A DNA stretch of 64,000 nt from NCBI GenBank assembly GCA_965235115.1, contig OZ249438.1, forward strand, positions 30,256,001 to 30,320,000. Reading direction: 5' to 3'. Of this stretch, positions 52,201 through 63,917 are shown piece after piece. The notes under the pieces were generated by a model, which did no database searches, was not told where the DNA came from, and saw only the letters and a list, made by a program, of their open reading frames with translations. The first letter of the stretch is position 1. Every line of letters begins with the position of its first letter. The translations under genes were made by a program, and so were the position numbers. Source of the DNA: Laetmonice hystrix. Lineage: Eukaryota.

Positions 52201-55200
52201 ATGAATCAGGCAAGTTCCTAAGGACGGAGAGGCCAAGGTCCAATGCCACGTCCGGCCGCACCATTGTCTTGGAACAGGGCAGGTCCATTGGTGCACGTCT
52301 AACCGGACCCGTCCCTTTGTGCACATCAAATAGGGCGGGTCCATTTATGTCAAACCGGGTGAATCCGATTACCTAAAGCCACGGAACATGGCGATTTTCA
52401 CGGATTAAGCTACGTTCAATAAATTCGGAAATTGTCAAATACTACATCAATGTATGGTTTGCCCGTATGACAACCCAAATTCCTGATATTGCAGCTTACG
52501 ATATCCTTACGAAACGCAGAAAACGGCCACCCTTTGCAATGAACGCAGTGGGAGGCACCATTTACGTCTAAAAGCTTAACGGCTTATTGTTTACGGGTCG
52601 TCCGTCAGTATTGAACTACACAATAAATTCCTTAATCCGACTGGTATATTTTCCAATTCAAATGAGATCTAAATGACAGGCAATGGCTTAATTGCTAAAA
52701 GCCTACCTGAATTTATCGAGAGATTGAAGATTGACTACATTCGACAATCAACCAATCCTGCCAATCTTCGAGCAGATTTAGCAGCATGTACATAAATGTT
52801 TAATACATGAGAAAAATCTCTCTCTGCTAATCGAGAAGGACTGGAACAATTACGAAAAGAAATGAGCCCTACCCTGGCCGCGAACAAAGGTACTAAAACA
52901 TTAAAGACTGTCGAGTTGGATCAGTCGTGCATATGGTCAGGCTGACCTCTGTCAAAGGTTGTGACCATTTAGAAGGTCAGTCGAACATGGATTTCCCTTG
53001 TTAACCGCCGGAAACAAATTGCCTGCGAGAGCAGTGAGAGATGGGACAAGTCGTACAAGAAGCGACTGCTGACCTAAATGTTCCACTGATTAAAGACGAC
53101 TCCCTTTGCTTGCTTGTTGCTAACGGCAACCTAGAGGTTTCTGGAACATTCCCGTCTATGAGGCAATTTGCCTGCGTCTTCTGCCGCCCTTTACCTGCTC
53201 CCATATTCTGGTCAATGACCCAGAAGAAATGCCAATGTTTTCACCGTTTTAAAGTCGTTTCTCTCCAACGTCTTGCCTCAGATACTCGAGACACCGATTC
53301 CTTGCCAATTTGAGATGAAACTTAAGATTATCAAATTAGTTAAAGGTTCATTGTTTTAACACCTTAAAATAAACCGTTTCGTTAGCTAGAGTTGTGGCAT
53401 ATCCTTTTGTATTTTTAAATATTTACAACGTTTTCACACAATATGGCTAGATTCAGAGCGATATCTATAAGAACTCACAGGACACACAGGAATCAGCCAG
53501 TGGAGGAGGTACGTTGCATGCCTCATGAAAATTTTACCCATCCAAAAGTTGCAGGCTGTGGTAACGAAGGGACACGTTTCAAGAGATGTTGCACACAGTA
53601 ACAAAGGACTGACCCATTCATAGATGTGGCATCCAATAACACAGCCTGGCAGGTTTTGTGAGGTGTGGCTTACTGCAGCTCGCACCATGGCATGCCAATG
53701 CCAGCAACATCACGAGCAAGCCATCAATAATAAGCCTGCGGGGATGGAGGCTGCATTTGTAAGGTAATTAGGATGTTTAACCCTGACTGCATGGGGAGTG
53801 GCCCCACCATTCGAGACTGGATCACCGGGATCTGAACTCGGGCCCAGCGACTTCTTTTAAATCAGCTTCTCACCCAATCCATCAGTGTCGATTGGTGCAG
53901 ATGCAGTCGCCGCGCCAGATCCGGAATTCGCATCAGGGACCCGATTCAGACGGCCAAGCTGAAAGCTCAACCCACGTCGTGAAGGGTGGCAAGGCCAAAT
54001 ATATAAATATATATGTGAATTTGTTTCTTCCAAACACTTAAGGTGGCAAATGCCGCAACGAGCTCATGGCGACCTAACTGGCAAATTTATGTATTGATTT
54101 AAATTTTTACTGCTTTGTATTTTGGAATTTTCCGTTCAGCTGTGACGTTTGCTATTTTCCACAACCATTACTGGTAAGATTCAGCTATAATATTCTAGTC
54201 GGTCTACTTGATCATCCAGTTAATCGAATTTACTCGGCTTTCATTTACTGATATATCCGGTTTACCGTCAGATATAGACTACCGGTGTAAAGCACCGATT
54301 ATAATAAGTTTCCCAGGCTTGGTTTCATTCATTCAATACCCCTAGGTTTAGGGGCTATTATACGTTGGAGACTCCAAAGGTCTGACCTCATGCCTAGCCA
54401 ATGAGCCTTGGGCCAGTCACGCATGAATACAGACAGTGCTTACCATGCCAATGAAGTTACCAGGGAAGGTTAAAACTAGAGACATTATCACCGCCCTTTT
54501 GACTGCTTGTATCATCTTGAGCGGCAGGGCTTCTCTCTTTTTCTATCTCAAAAAAATTCATATTTATAAAATATACTCACACAAATTCTAAATGGCTTTT
54601 ACAATCTGCTTCGGACAGCAAAGTATAACCGCCTCCTCAAAATGAGTATTGCCAAAGATACGTTCCCACCATTTTGTGAAAATGTTTTTCCTGAGATTTC
54701 CTTGAGATATTTCCAAAATTCCATGAGAAATATTTTGTTTTATAGATAGCATATCCAACTATAATGACTGGAAAATGGAACCTCATTTTCAAGGTTTTCC
54801 TTGAGAGTGGCTGGGAACCCTGTTTAATGTCACACCCATCAGATTTTGCACGAAAGATACCAGCCGAGGTAAGAAGTATCTTAAAACGGGTCCCTACCAT
54901 CAGGAAAACGTGCGCATACAGCAGGACGTCTGTCTGTCATATTTCCCATGTACTGTCACGGTAAGCACCATGAACGTCGCTGCTAAATCCCGGGTCAGCA
55001 ATTGGACCAGAAAATGGGCCAAACATGATTGAAAGGTGTAATGAAATCGGGATCTGTCTTCCCTAACGGGGCTTTAGGCAATACATCGGACTGATGGAAA
55101 CATGCCGTTATAGTAACCAAACCATGATTAACATGTCATACAAGACGAGCAGCTCTGTGGTATTTTTTTCGGGGCAGCATCAAAAACCAGATGGCATTTT

Positions 55201-56584
55201 TCTGATTGTGAGCGCCAATGCGAGGGATAGTCAAAGACAGCGGCGGAGGCTATTGGATTAGTGCCAGGGCGTAACCAATCGTTTTCTTTGTTGGTAATGT
55301 TACAATGTAGGCCACCGAATGACCTACACTTTGACCTTTATCTCAGACAGGTCCTTCTCGGATCAAAGAACGACTTTTCTTTCAAACTCAATAAGGATGA
55401 AACAAAGGAAGAGAGGTATGGGCATCAGCCAAAACAAGAAAACACATTTTGTTTTCCTGTCAGACTGAACTGTCCGAGTTAAGTCATCTTCTCTTAAAAT
55501 CCTCAGAATTCATGCTTAAAAGCACCCTCAGAAAGAAACCATGTTATTGCTCCCTCCAAGGCTTTCAAACTCTCTTAAAAGATCAATTCGGAATATATAT
55601 TCCTAATAACCCTGACTGTCGTTCTGCGAAGAAGGAAACTGATTGCTACTGACCATTTGAAGCACACTTGACCAATCACCTGTCGTAAACCATGAAATGA
55701 GCCTCAACTAACGAGGTCAAGAGCAACCTGCACTAATTAGGACCCTGGGCCCAGAATACCAAGAGGTTGCAGAAAGACTAAACAAGCTTCGACGCACCAC
55801 GACTGTACCCACTCACACTGCATGCAGAACCTTTAACAGGTATTCCGATAAAAATGACATTCCCACAAACTTAATATGCATCAATATTTCCCACTACTTA
55901 TGATTGCAAGGATAGATGATGGAAGGGATCTGGCGATGTTTATCGCACAGATCGGGGACCAAATCCTTCGTAAAGCTCTCCAATAATTTCCAATCACGTT
56001 CTGTGCATGTTAGGGCGGCCCTTCTTCAACAACACATCAGCTGTGCCACCAAAGACGAGGTAATCGGGGCAGACCGAGGCCGAATCGCCCCCCAGACGTT
56101 TGGCTAGGAATCGTGGACCACCCAGTGCACCAACATCTGATCCTTTACTGAATGAAATAAGTAGCATCTGATCCGGACAATTTGGGGTGCATTCATCACG
56201 CTCAGCCACCCTAGCTCCACATCCTCAACCCCCACCCCACCTCGGCAAAGATAGCCCTTCCCTAGGCCTTCTGCGTCCCAGTATAAGGTCAACGGCCTCT
56301 CACAAATGTATCTCCAGGTGAACGACATACATTCTGCAGACAGTCTGACATCAGCAAATGAGACTTTTCTGATCCACATCTTCACAGCATCACATCGGAA
56401 ATATTGACCCAGCGGAACAGATCTACTGGCTGTAAAATCGGATTGTGGCCGGTAAAGGTTAACTCTAGGTCAGATGCTCAGCGCCCCGGGTCGTCTGACA
56501 CTTCCCGCACGACACGTGCGCCTGGAGACTGCAAACCGGCATGGTTTGAAACGGGAACGGACAGTGAAACACACACACTGGGAA

Positions 56585-56680
56585 GTGGCGGTGGTCAAGT
56601 GGGCATAGGCGTTGATACCTTATGCGATGCGAATGGGTGCAGTAATCTTGGGGCCGGGGTTCGATTCCAGTACTGAGTAG
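56585..56680 (+). mobile_element. tRNA-derived SINE head (Pol III A and B boxes); 3' extent unclear
   Basis: A-box TGGTCAAGTGG (56592-56602) and B-box GGTTCGATTCC (56658-56668). No intact acceptor stem or anticodon arm. Confidence 0.55.
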
Positions 56681-59361
56681 AGGACTATACAACTTTTCTC
56701 TTCCCGGACATTCTCAACGTAACTGGGTTACGCCTGATGCCCGTGCATTTAAAAAGAAAAACACACCACGGCAGCTGCAATTCACCTTTCACTAGTATTA
56801 AAAAGTGAGTGTAAAAAACGTCAGATGATAGTTAATACACAGTTTAAGAATTTCCCGTCCTCCTTAATTACTCCCGGCAAACATAGTCATAAGAAAATAT
56901 CATTTTATGTCTCCAATCTTAGTTCGAACAAATATATGAAAACATTACAGCCCCATCCAAAACCCATTATACACCTAAATTTGACAGACGCTTCAATTGT
57001 CGTTTAGCCATAATGTCGGCATAGTGGTACTATAGCTTACGTCATGTATTACACGCACGGAACCAGCTGGGGGCATCCTAAGTACTTGTAATATAATTCG
57101 AACTTCCTATTTCAAATGTGTCATAAACTTATTGATGTACTTTAATATGTCACTTTTGCTTGCTGTCAGCTATACAGGTGACAGGTTGATTTTCCCCGCT
57201 GGTGCAGTCAAGGTTTGAGTACCTCGTGAAGCAAAAGTTGCCGGTTGCTGCTGACTCTGTTAACTAAATCACGTCAGTTATATCCTTTTCCTCCATAGAA
57301 ATACTTGCCCCTTTAGGGTGCAATGATCTCTGATCCAGACACGAAAGTGCTTGAAAGTATTTACATTGCGGGGAGGGACCTGATCTTGATGGCACTTTGA
57401 TCTAGGCGGCAGCTGGCGGGGCTCTACTTGTGCGTTTAGTGCTTCACTACTTTCATCTCTTTGCTTCTGCGATCAGCAGCTGCCTTCGGGCCGGCTTCCC
57501 CGGCAAAACTCGGTGAGCCTTTTATCGGAGCTTCCAGGAACTGCTGTGATACGCTTCCGCCGTGTCACGAATATCAATCCGGGTCTCCTAAAGCGAAACA
57601 ATAACTGACGGGGCTTCCGGCCAAGAATGACTGTTCTAGCTTTTCTCTCAGGTTCCGTGCTCCTCACGGCATCCAAACTGTGGCGCTCAGCCTCAACATG
57701 ACTGCGCTTACATAGCTGTGCTGACAGCCAGTTCACTAAGGCCATCATCTGTATGCACACACGCTGATCTATTCCTAGGCTTCGTATACATTTCATATCT
57801 TGGTATTGACCTGCAACTCATTCCCATTCGTCTGAGAACAAATCAGGCGATTGTACCATCACCCTCCGGAGTATGAGTCATTCAACGATAGCAAAAACCG
57901 TTCCAACAACCGAAACCGGTACCAAAAAAACAGCCAATAATGGAGATCAGCATGTTGGTCAAGGAAGTTGAATCATCTAATAAAGGCAGTTAGGGATATG
58001 GTCGAGACTTTGTGCCCATTGAAGCCTTGGACGAAACAGCCTTTCATGGCCGGGGCACCATAGTGGTAGGAATAATAGTTCAAAATCCCCGATTCCTAAC
58101 TTTTCGGATGATGCATATGGAACTGTGATTGAAACGATATATCAAGGACGGAGCTGGCCTTTGATTTATGCATTGAAGTGTGGCCGGAGCTGTGCAGGAA
58201 GTGCTGCTTGGCGGGATTGGGGTCGGTACTGGGGGCTTGGTCACAATATCCATCAAACTCTACTTGATTTTCATTAGTCGTGAGCCACCAAGAACTCTGC
58301 TCCCCAAGTCTGGCTGACCGAGGTCGCGACCGCAGTCAATTTCCCGGGCCGACTATCAGTTGAAACATGACACTGTGCCCCTATCATTCAAACACCATTT
58401 CAATAGGTGTGCTAATCTGTAATTGATCTATCATTCATCATTTAGTTAGCTAGGGAGGTTTCATTTTATTAGGCTCGAGTAAACTTGAGATGATTACCCA
58501 TGCGATGTAAACCCCATCGTCTGCTATATACAGTAACATTTATGGTGTATCCCATGTGAAGGAATATGTGATTTCTAGCGAAGATTTTGGTATTCATTTC
58601 ATATGATAAAAGAAAACTAAAAATACTGGTGATCAAAGACTAAAACTTTATGTTAAGGATCATGGGCAGCAAACACTCCCATTGCGGCCACATGTTTTAT
58701 AATTCTCTGCTATGGAGAGAAAATGACACAAAGATCCCAATATATGTGATAAATTCACAACACAGAGTTAGCAGGCAATAAATGTAGATTGTATAGAGCC
58801 GACCTTTGAAAGTCATCTGTGTGATTGCTTTGGTAATAAAATCACATTTTCACATTACCTAACAAAAAGTATCATGTTGATGAATATCAATTGCAAGATA
58901 TAAATGGATACCAAAATTAATCAACATGTACTGCGTCTCTCCGTCCATTGCTTGTTAATACCTTGATAAAACATCATCACCTCCTCAAACAGGCAACTCT
59001 AACACGTCAACATCCTTCATACTCCTACAAAATGTACATTTATGTAGCAACATGTAAATACAGAAACCGGTATCCACTTCTCATTCGTACATTGACAAAT
59101 CGACTACTCATTACGCTGAGCTAATGAGGATATATGATTTAGAGCAATAAAAGTCCTAGCAAGCATATATTCAACTGGAGAACCAACAAAACTTTTCTTA
59201 TACATGCAGGTATACCATAGGTAGGCCTATTGTTTGCTATAACTACGTGACAAGGTTAGATTTTATAATCAAACCTAGATCACAGCCATTCCTCCCGGGG
59301 CGCTCTTGACTTATTTCCTACTACCATAACTGGCAACGCAACATGAAATAAACAAAAAAGC

Positions 59362-59367
59362 TTTATT
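59362..59367 (-). terminator. Candidate NEK9 polyadenylation signal (AATAAA)
   Basis: AATAAA on the minus strand, followed by TTTTTTGTTTATTTC (U/GU-rich downstream element), just 3' of the predicted stop. Confidence 0.5.
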
Positions 59368-59494
59368 TCTACTGTTTCAACATAAGCAGCAAATAAAAGA
59401 AATAATACAAAATTCCAGCAGTTTTCCTTGCTTTCCGCCATCACCAGAAGAAAAGGTAAGCCGCCTGCAGCATTACTGGACTTGGACTAGACAG

Positions 59495-59527
59495 TTATTT
59501 TCCCTTCAGGGTCTCCACCTTCAACAG
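59495..59527 (-). CDS. NEK9: Probable NEK9 terminal coding exon LLKVETLKGK*
   Basis: acatgtccAG acceptor in phase 0, TAA stop, followed ~130 nt later by AATAAA and a U-rich tract. No homology support recalled. Confidence 0.5.
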   Translation of the reverse strand: MLKVETLKGK

Positions 59528-59756
59528 CTGGACATGTGTATGCAGCGTAAAATCTTTGGCCCAGTTCACAAAATGTATGTAGCAGTAGCAGCAACGTAAC
59601 AGTAACAACATAAAACTCCAAAGAAGCATGCAGTAAAGTCGCATGAATGGTAGTCCCACAGTAAAATAAAAACGAGACCACTGAGAGAGTCGTGCAGGGA
59701 GAGTCATGCAGAGGATGCTGTTCCTCGGTTTGCTAGGGACTCAGCGCCCCACCCAC

Positions 59757-59810
59757 CTGCATCTCCAACTGTTGGATAACAGACGCCTGGTTCGTCACCA
59801 CCTGCTGAAG
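59757..59810 (-). CDS. NEK9: NEK9 exon (coiled coil): LQQVVTNQASVIQQLEMQ
   Basis: ctattttcAG acceptor and cag|GTgggt donor, 54 nt, phase 0-0, continuing the coiled coil. Read-through would give VGGALSP* (stop ends at 59733). Confidence 0.7.
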
Positions 59811-60242
59811 CTGAAAATAGACAGCAATTGGTAACCCTTACATTATAGCCGACCACAACTATTATTAGGACAGTTTCTTATCAGTAGAATGAGAGAGGTA
59901 ACGCAAGATCACTTCTTTAAAATCTTTTTAAAAAAATTAAAGAAATTTGGAAAGAAACCAAAGAATTTCACACTTTTATGCCAGGCCAATTTCTCAACTC
60001 AGTCCCTTGGTAACCTTCACTACACATCTCACAAAGTACAAAATGTACCTTGGCCCCCCAAAAAAGTGCAGAATCCTAGTCATAGGATTACCCCATGACT
60101 GTAGGGAAAGCCAGAAGTTAGAAAATATCATAGCAGAATTAACACAATACGTGTATACCGGTACTCGCTTAACGCCTGCGGATTTAGTGTGTTATTTCTA
60201 CACACGAGGGCAGCACTGATTAAATACCAGGTATCAACTGTC

Positions 60243-60256
60243 ACGCCACCTAGTGG
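60243..60256 (-). promoter_or_regulatory. CTCF-like motif CCACTAGGTGGCGT in a NEK9 intron
   Basis: 13 of 14 positions match CCASYAGRKGGCRS on the minus strand. Confidence 0.4.
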
Positions 60257-60539
60257 ACAATCAGAATCGAATCGCATCCTAACATACTCTCGTCTCCTTT
60301 CACGGACTGCGTGCCGTGTATCGCGATGCAGTCAAAATTACTTTTTTCCCTAAACCTGTACTTTGAGCAAAAATCATTTATGCACATTTCAAACCAAATA
60401 ATAAATTTGTTAATGAGATATGCTCAGGAAAACAGTTTTACTGCGTTTCTCAGCAAAGTAGAAAAAAATCAATAATGACTAATAATGGATGGTAACATTT
60501 TATGAAACATGTGGTCATGAACTTTGACCTCCGGTCTAC

Positions 60540-60644
60540 CTGTTGGTTCTGTTGCTCCAGCTGAATTATTTGCTGCCTAAGTTGTGCTATTACATCCTTC
60601 TCACATACTCCCTCTGCGCCTTCTCGTCTCTGTGAACCATCATG
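60540..60644 (-). CDS. NEK9: NEK9 exon (start of coiled coil): HDGSQRREGAEGVCEKDVIAQLRQQIIQLEQQNQQ
   Basis: atcatcctAG acceptor, cag|GTagac donor, 105 nt, phase 0-0. Heptad-like Q/L/I pattern fits the NEK9 C-terminal coiled coil. Not in the ORF track. Confidence 0.75.
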
Positions 60645-60841
60645 CTAGGATGATACACATTCAAAATGTCAGCAACACTTCATCATCTTATACTATAGCA
60701 TCTTTTAAAAATCGCAGTCTTCTGACCTCTGGTATATTCTTCGATTCTTATTCTACACATATATTCTTGGAGCAGAATTTCTTGTATTGTTCTCTCAATT
60801 TCTGAATATTATTATTCCATCACGTGAAAATATCATCTTAC

Positions 60842-61003
60842 TTGACAATCTTGGATATTCCCAGCTTCACCAGTGTTTCTCGATGAACTTAACCCACCAT
60901 GACCTTCGGACGACTGTGAATGTGGCCTTGATCTTTGTGACTCTGACCCAGAATTCTGAGAGCTGTTAGCATCCACTGGAATAAACTCGGCGTTTTCTAG
61001 CTC
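60842..61003 (-). CDS. NEK9: NEK9 exon starting ELENAEFIPVDANSSQ (NEK6/7-binding motif)
   Basis: ccccttttaccAG acceptor, caa|GTaaga donor, 162 nt, phase 0-0. ELENAEFIP is identical to the recalled human motif. Confidence 0.9.
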
Positions 61004-61171
61004 CTGGTAAAAGGGGAGAAGTATATTCATTATATAAACAAGAAGTGTAACTCATTAGTCTCTTATCCCTGATAAAAGTAGAGAAAATATATTTATGAAC
61101 GTGTTATATTCCATTAAATGTACGTGCTTAGAATGTTTCTTTATGAGTAGGTCTTGCCTCTCCCCCCCCCC

Positions 61172-61202
<31 letters not shown>

Positions 61203-61770
61203 GAAGAAATATCTGACAAATATAAAAAATCCTGTAAAATCTTGGATGTCTGCGTCATTTGAATATAAAGTTTATTGGTTGGTTATAGCATTCCTACCTG
61301 CTTCAACCATGGAGGGACTGCACTCTCACCAGAATATGTTTGTTCAGACCCTACCAAGCTACTGCTGTGGTCACCATTTTCTCTTGGAGATGCTGGGATA
61401 AACTCATCAGCAAGTTCCTGTCAGAGAATTCAGAGAACATACTTTTTATATCAGTTAAAAGATACATATAATAAATCTTCAAATTTGATATTCTTGTAAT
61501 TAGCAATAGCAATTCGGTAGAATCGATTTGAACCCTATTTTTCTGTTTAATATATTTTGAATATTTTTTGCTTCAATCACAAGCCAAACCTTGTAAAAGA
61601 CACATGCTCTACGGAATCATTATACCTAACAGAAGAGGGCAGCACAGGCGCTGTCAGAGTCAGACTATTTCTGACTCTCTCCACTAGGTGATGCCATGTC
61701 TGCAATTCCTTTGCATGCACTAGGTATTAGCTGATGCTGACATGAGAAAGCTATGTAAATAAAAACTCAC

Positions 61771-61958
61771 TGCTTTAAGCCACTCCGGCACGGAGCTCTC
61801 CCCCACTTGGCTGTGATGTGAAGAGATACCAGTCTGTTGTGAATTGATACCAGAGTCCGTTGACCCCTGTTCTCTGGGGCTAGCCTCCTGGTGGCCACTT
61901 TCAGAAGCACACAGAAACACGCTGTCTGAACTGCTTTCCGTGTCACCAGATGTCGTAG
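61771..61958 (-). CDS. NEK9: NEK9 exon (Ser-rich linker ending ...GESSVPEWLKA)
   Basis: gttctAG acceptor, gca|GTgagt donor, 188 nt, phase 1-0, open frame. The end resembles human SSSCPGWLRK. Confidence 0.85.
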
Positions 61959-62171
61959 CTAGAACAACACGTCATATCTCTTTGTTTTAACACCTTTACA
62001 TTAGTACTCGCTTTATTATATATGAAAATTGTACCATCACTGATCATCAATTTAAATATTAAGCTGATTTTGTAGAACTAATGACACTCCAAAGAATGAG
62101 TCAAACTGCATGTTTACTGGGAATCAGTTTAAACAAAAAAAGGGGAAGGAAAATTTGTCAAAAGGTTCAAC

Positions 62172-62396
62172 CTTTTACACTGGTTCCGGTGGACTTGATT
62201 GTCTTCTGAGCTAGCACCTTCTCAGCCACAATGATCGTATGCCAGTGGCGTGCAGCCATGTGTGATACTGAGTGAAGCGACCCAAAAATTGGACGAGGGT
62301 GTGACAAACATTTCCCCCGTGGCCCACTGTCTTTGTCACTGGGAATGTGACCGAGTCTACCATCCTCGCCAAGCCCCCATGAATACAACTGTTTCT
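62172..62396 (-). CDS. NEK9: NEK9 exon (last RCC1 repeat): EKQLYSWGLGEDGRLGHIPSDKDSGPRGKCLSHPRPIFGSLHSVSHMAARHWHTIIVAEKVLAQKTIKSTGT(SVK)
   Basis: tttacacAG acceptor in phase 1. The PRPIFGSLH and WHTI..EKVL..KTI motifs match human NEK9. The donor is uncertain: two weak phase-1 GT options end the exon at 62181 or 62172. Confidence 0.88.
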
Positions 62397-62542
62397 CTGT
62401 GTAAAGAAAATTATATATTTAAAAAAAGATATGCACATTTTTTTGTACTTCTTAATTATATCCACTTCAATGACTTACTTTGTCATCAACGTGTTATTTT
62501 CTTTATATTTTGTAAAAGACATTTAATCAGACCATGGCTTAC

Positions 62543-62704
62543 CTGACGTTGCTATTATTGTACAGGCGTCACCGACAGCCACCTTCTCGACTAGTTTGCC
62601 CATGAGTGGACCTCGGAGGAGGCAGACTCCCTTGTAGGCCTTGAAATCTCCCACGCCAAGCTGGCCATACTTGTTGGAGCCAAACGTCAACAGGTGGCCA
62701 TACA
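62543..62704 (-). CDS. NEK9: NEK9 exon (RCC1 repeat): [54 protein letters not shown]
   Basis: ccttctAG acceptor, cag|GTaagc donor, 162 nt, phase 1-1. Resembles human [20 protein letters not shown]...LLGGPLGGK. Confidence 0.93.
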
Positions 62705-62915
62705 CTAGAAGGACGATTATTTTTAACATGCGCGTTGGTCTTCAACAAATGAATAAATGTCCTGTGAAGTTTTAAAAAAACGTGACTGGCACTTGAACAG
62801 GCATTACACTGAGAGACTGGGTGAAACTATCGAAGACAGGATACTGATGGATAGTGACCTATAGAGGAATGAGAAATTTGGTCAATCTCCTTGATCATTT
62901 CATCTGCATACTCAC

Positions 62916-63024
62916 CATCTATTACAGCAGTGTGGGTTCGTCCAGCAGCAAGTGTAACAATGTGGTATTTACTAAGGGGCTTGACTGTGGATAATGTTGT
63001 TTTGTATGGAATATCATAGGAAAT
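62916..63024 (-). CDS. NEK9: NEK9 exon: ISYDIPYKTTLSTVKPLSKYHIVTLAAGRTHTAVID
   Basis: tttgtttccAG acceptor, g|GTgagt donor, 109 nt, phase 0-1. Resembles human [33 protein letters not shown]. Confidence 0.92.
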
Positions 63025-63187
63025 CTGGAAACAAAGAAATGGGCAGATTTTAACACTTACTTGTCTCAAAGTCGAAGGCAACAGTACACATGTAAATAAT
63101 TTTTTTATGTTTCATGTTGTTCATTAAGGGTATCATAAATCCTGAACGCGTTTCCAACAAAGACTACAATGACAGTTTCCATTTCAC

Positions 63188-63396
63188 CTGTTCCTTCCGT
63201 TTGTGCAGGCCCTGTGCAGAACTATTGAAGCCCAGTTTATTATTCTCGTTACTGCCACAGGCCTGGACCCGACCATTGGTGTTGATGAGGAACGTGCCAT
63301 CCGACCCTCCAATCACTGACTTGATGGCATGTCGGCCTCGTGTCTGCACTTTCTGAGGTGTGCCATGATCTTCTTCTGAACCCAAGCCTAACCGAC
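63188..63396 (-). CDS. NEK9: NEK9 exon (RCC1 repeat): GRLGLGSEEDHGTPQKVQTRGRHAIKSVIGGSDGTFLINTNGRVQACGSNENNKLGFNSSAQGLHKRKEQ
   Basis: ttacAG acceptor, cag|GTgaaa donor, 209 nt, phase 1-0. Resembles human RLGLDSEEDYYTPQKV...GCDGTFLL...ACGLNEFNKLG. Confidence 0.93.
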
Positions 63397-63716
63397 CTGT
63401 AATTAATGCCACATCCAATTCACTATCTACTGCTTTTATGTATGTATCTTAATCCTGAAAGTTTCTACAATTTACTACTAGGCCAGTAAGCAGGATTCGA
63501 AATTGAGAGATAAACACTACATCTGTAAAAGTAGGCTCATGACCATTTCAAACCAGTGTAACTTAGTGGGTGCAAATTAAAGAACTATATCCCATCTACC
63601 AACTCTCTCTCCTATATAAAGATTCTGATGATTTCAGAAATTCTTGATCATAACGAGAGTTTGTCTGTTCGGACAACTACTACTGATTGGTAATATGTAT
63701 GGTTGATGTGAGTTAC

Positions 63717-63917
63717 CAAACTCGCCGCAGCCCCAAGTGTAAACCTCCGAGTCTGCGGTCAATGCCAAGACGTGGGCGTCACCACAGGACAGCTGAACGA
63801 CCCGCCGTGAACCAAACGTTTCTATGAGGACGGGTGTACAAACCTCGTCCCCCTCCGTGTTACCACAACCAAGGCAGCCGTAGTAATCAGAGCCAAATGA
63901 ATAAGCTGCTCCTTCAT
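63717..63917 (-). CDS. NEK9: NEK9 internal exon (RCC1 repeats): DEGAAYSFGSDYYGCLGCGNTEGDEVCTPVLIETFGSRRVVQLSCGDAHVLALTADSEVYTWGCGEFG
   Basis: Bounded by ttgaccAG and GTaact, 201 nt, phase 1-1, open frame. Not in the ORF track. Closely resembles human NEK9 DEGQLYAFGSDYYGCMG...[26 protein letters not shown] (recalled). Confidence 0.93.

Noticed and set aside
56585-56680. Functional tRNA gene
   Set aside because: A and B boxes are present, but there is no paired acceptor stem or credible anticodon arm. Better explained as a SINE head.
57473-57796. 107-aa minus-strand ORF as a retrotransposon or gene remnant
   Set aside because: Only vague resemblance to non-LTR C-terminal segments; no RT or endonuclease motifs could be confirmed.
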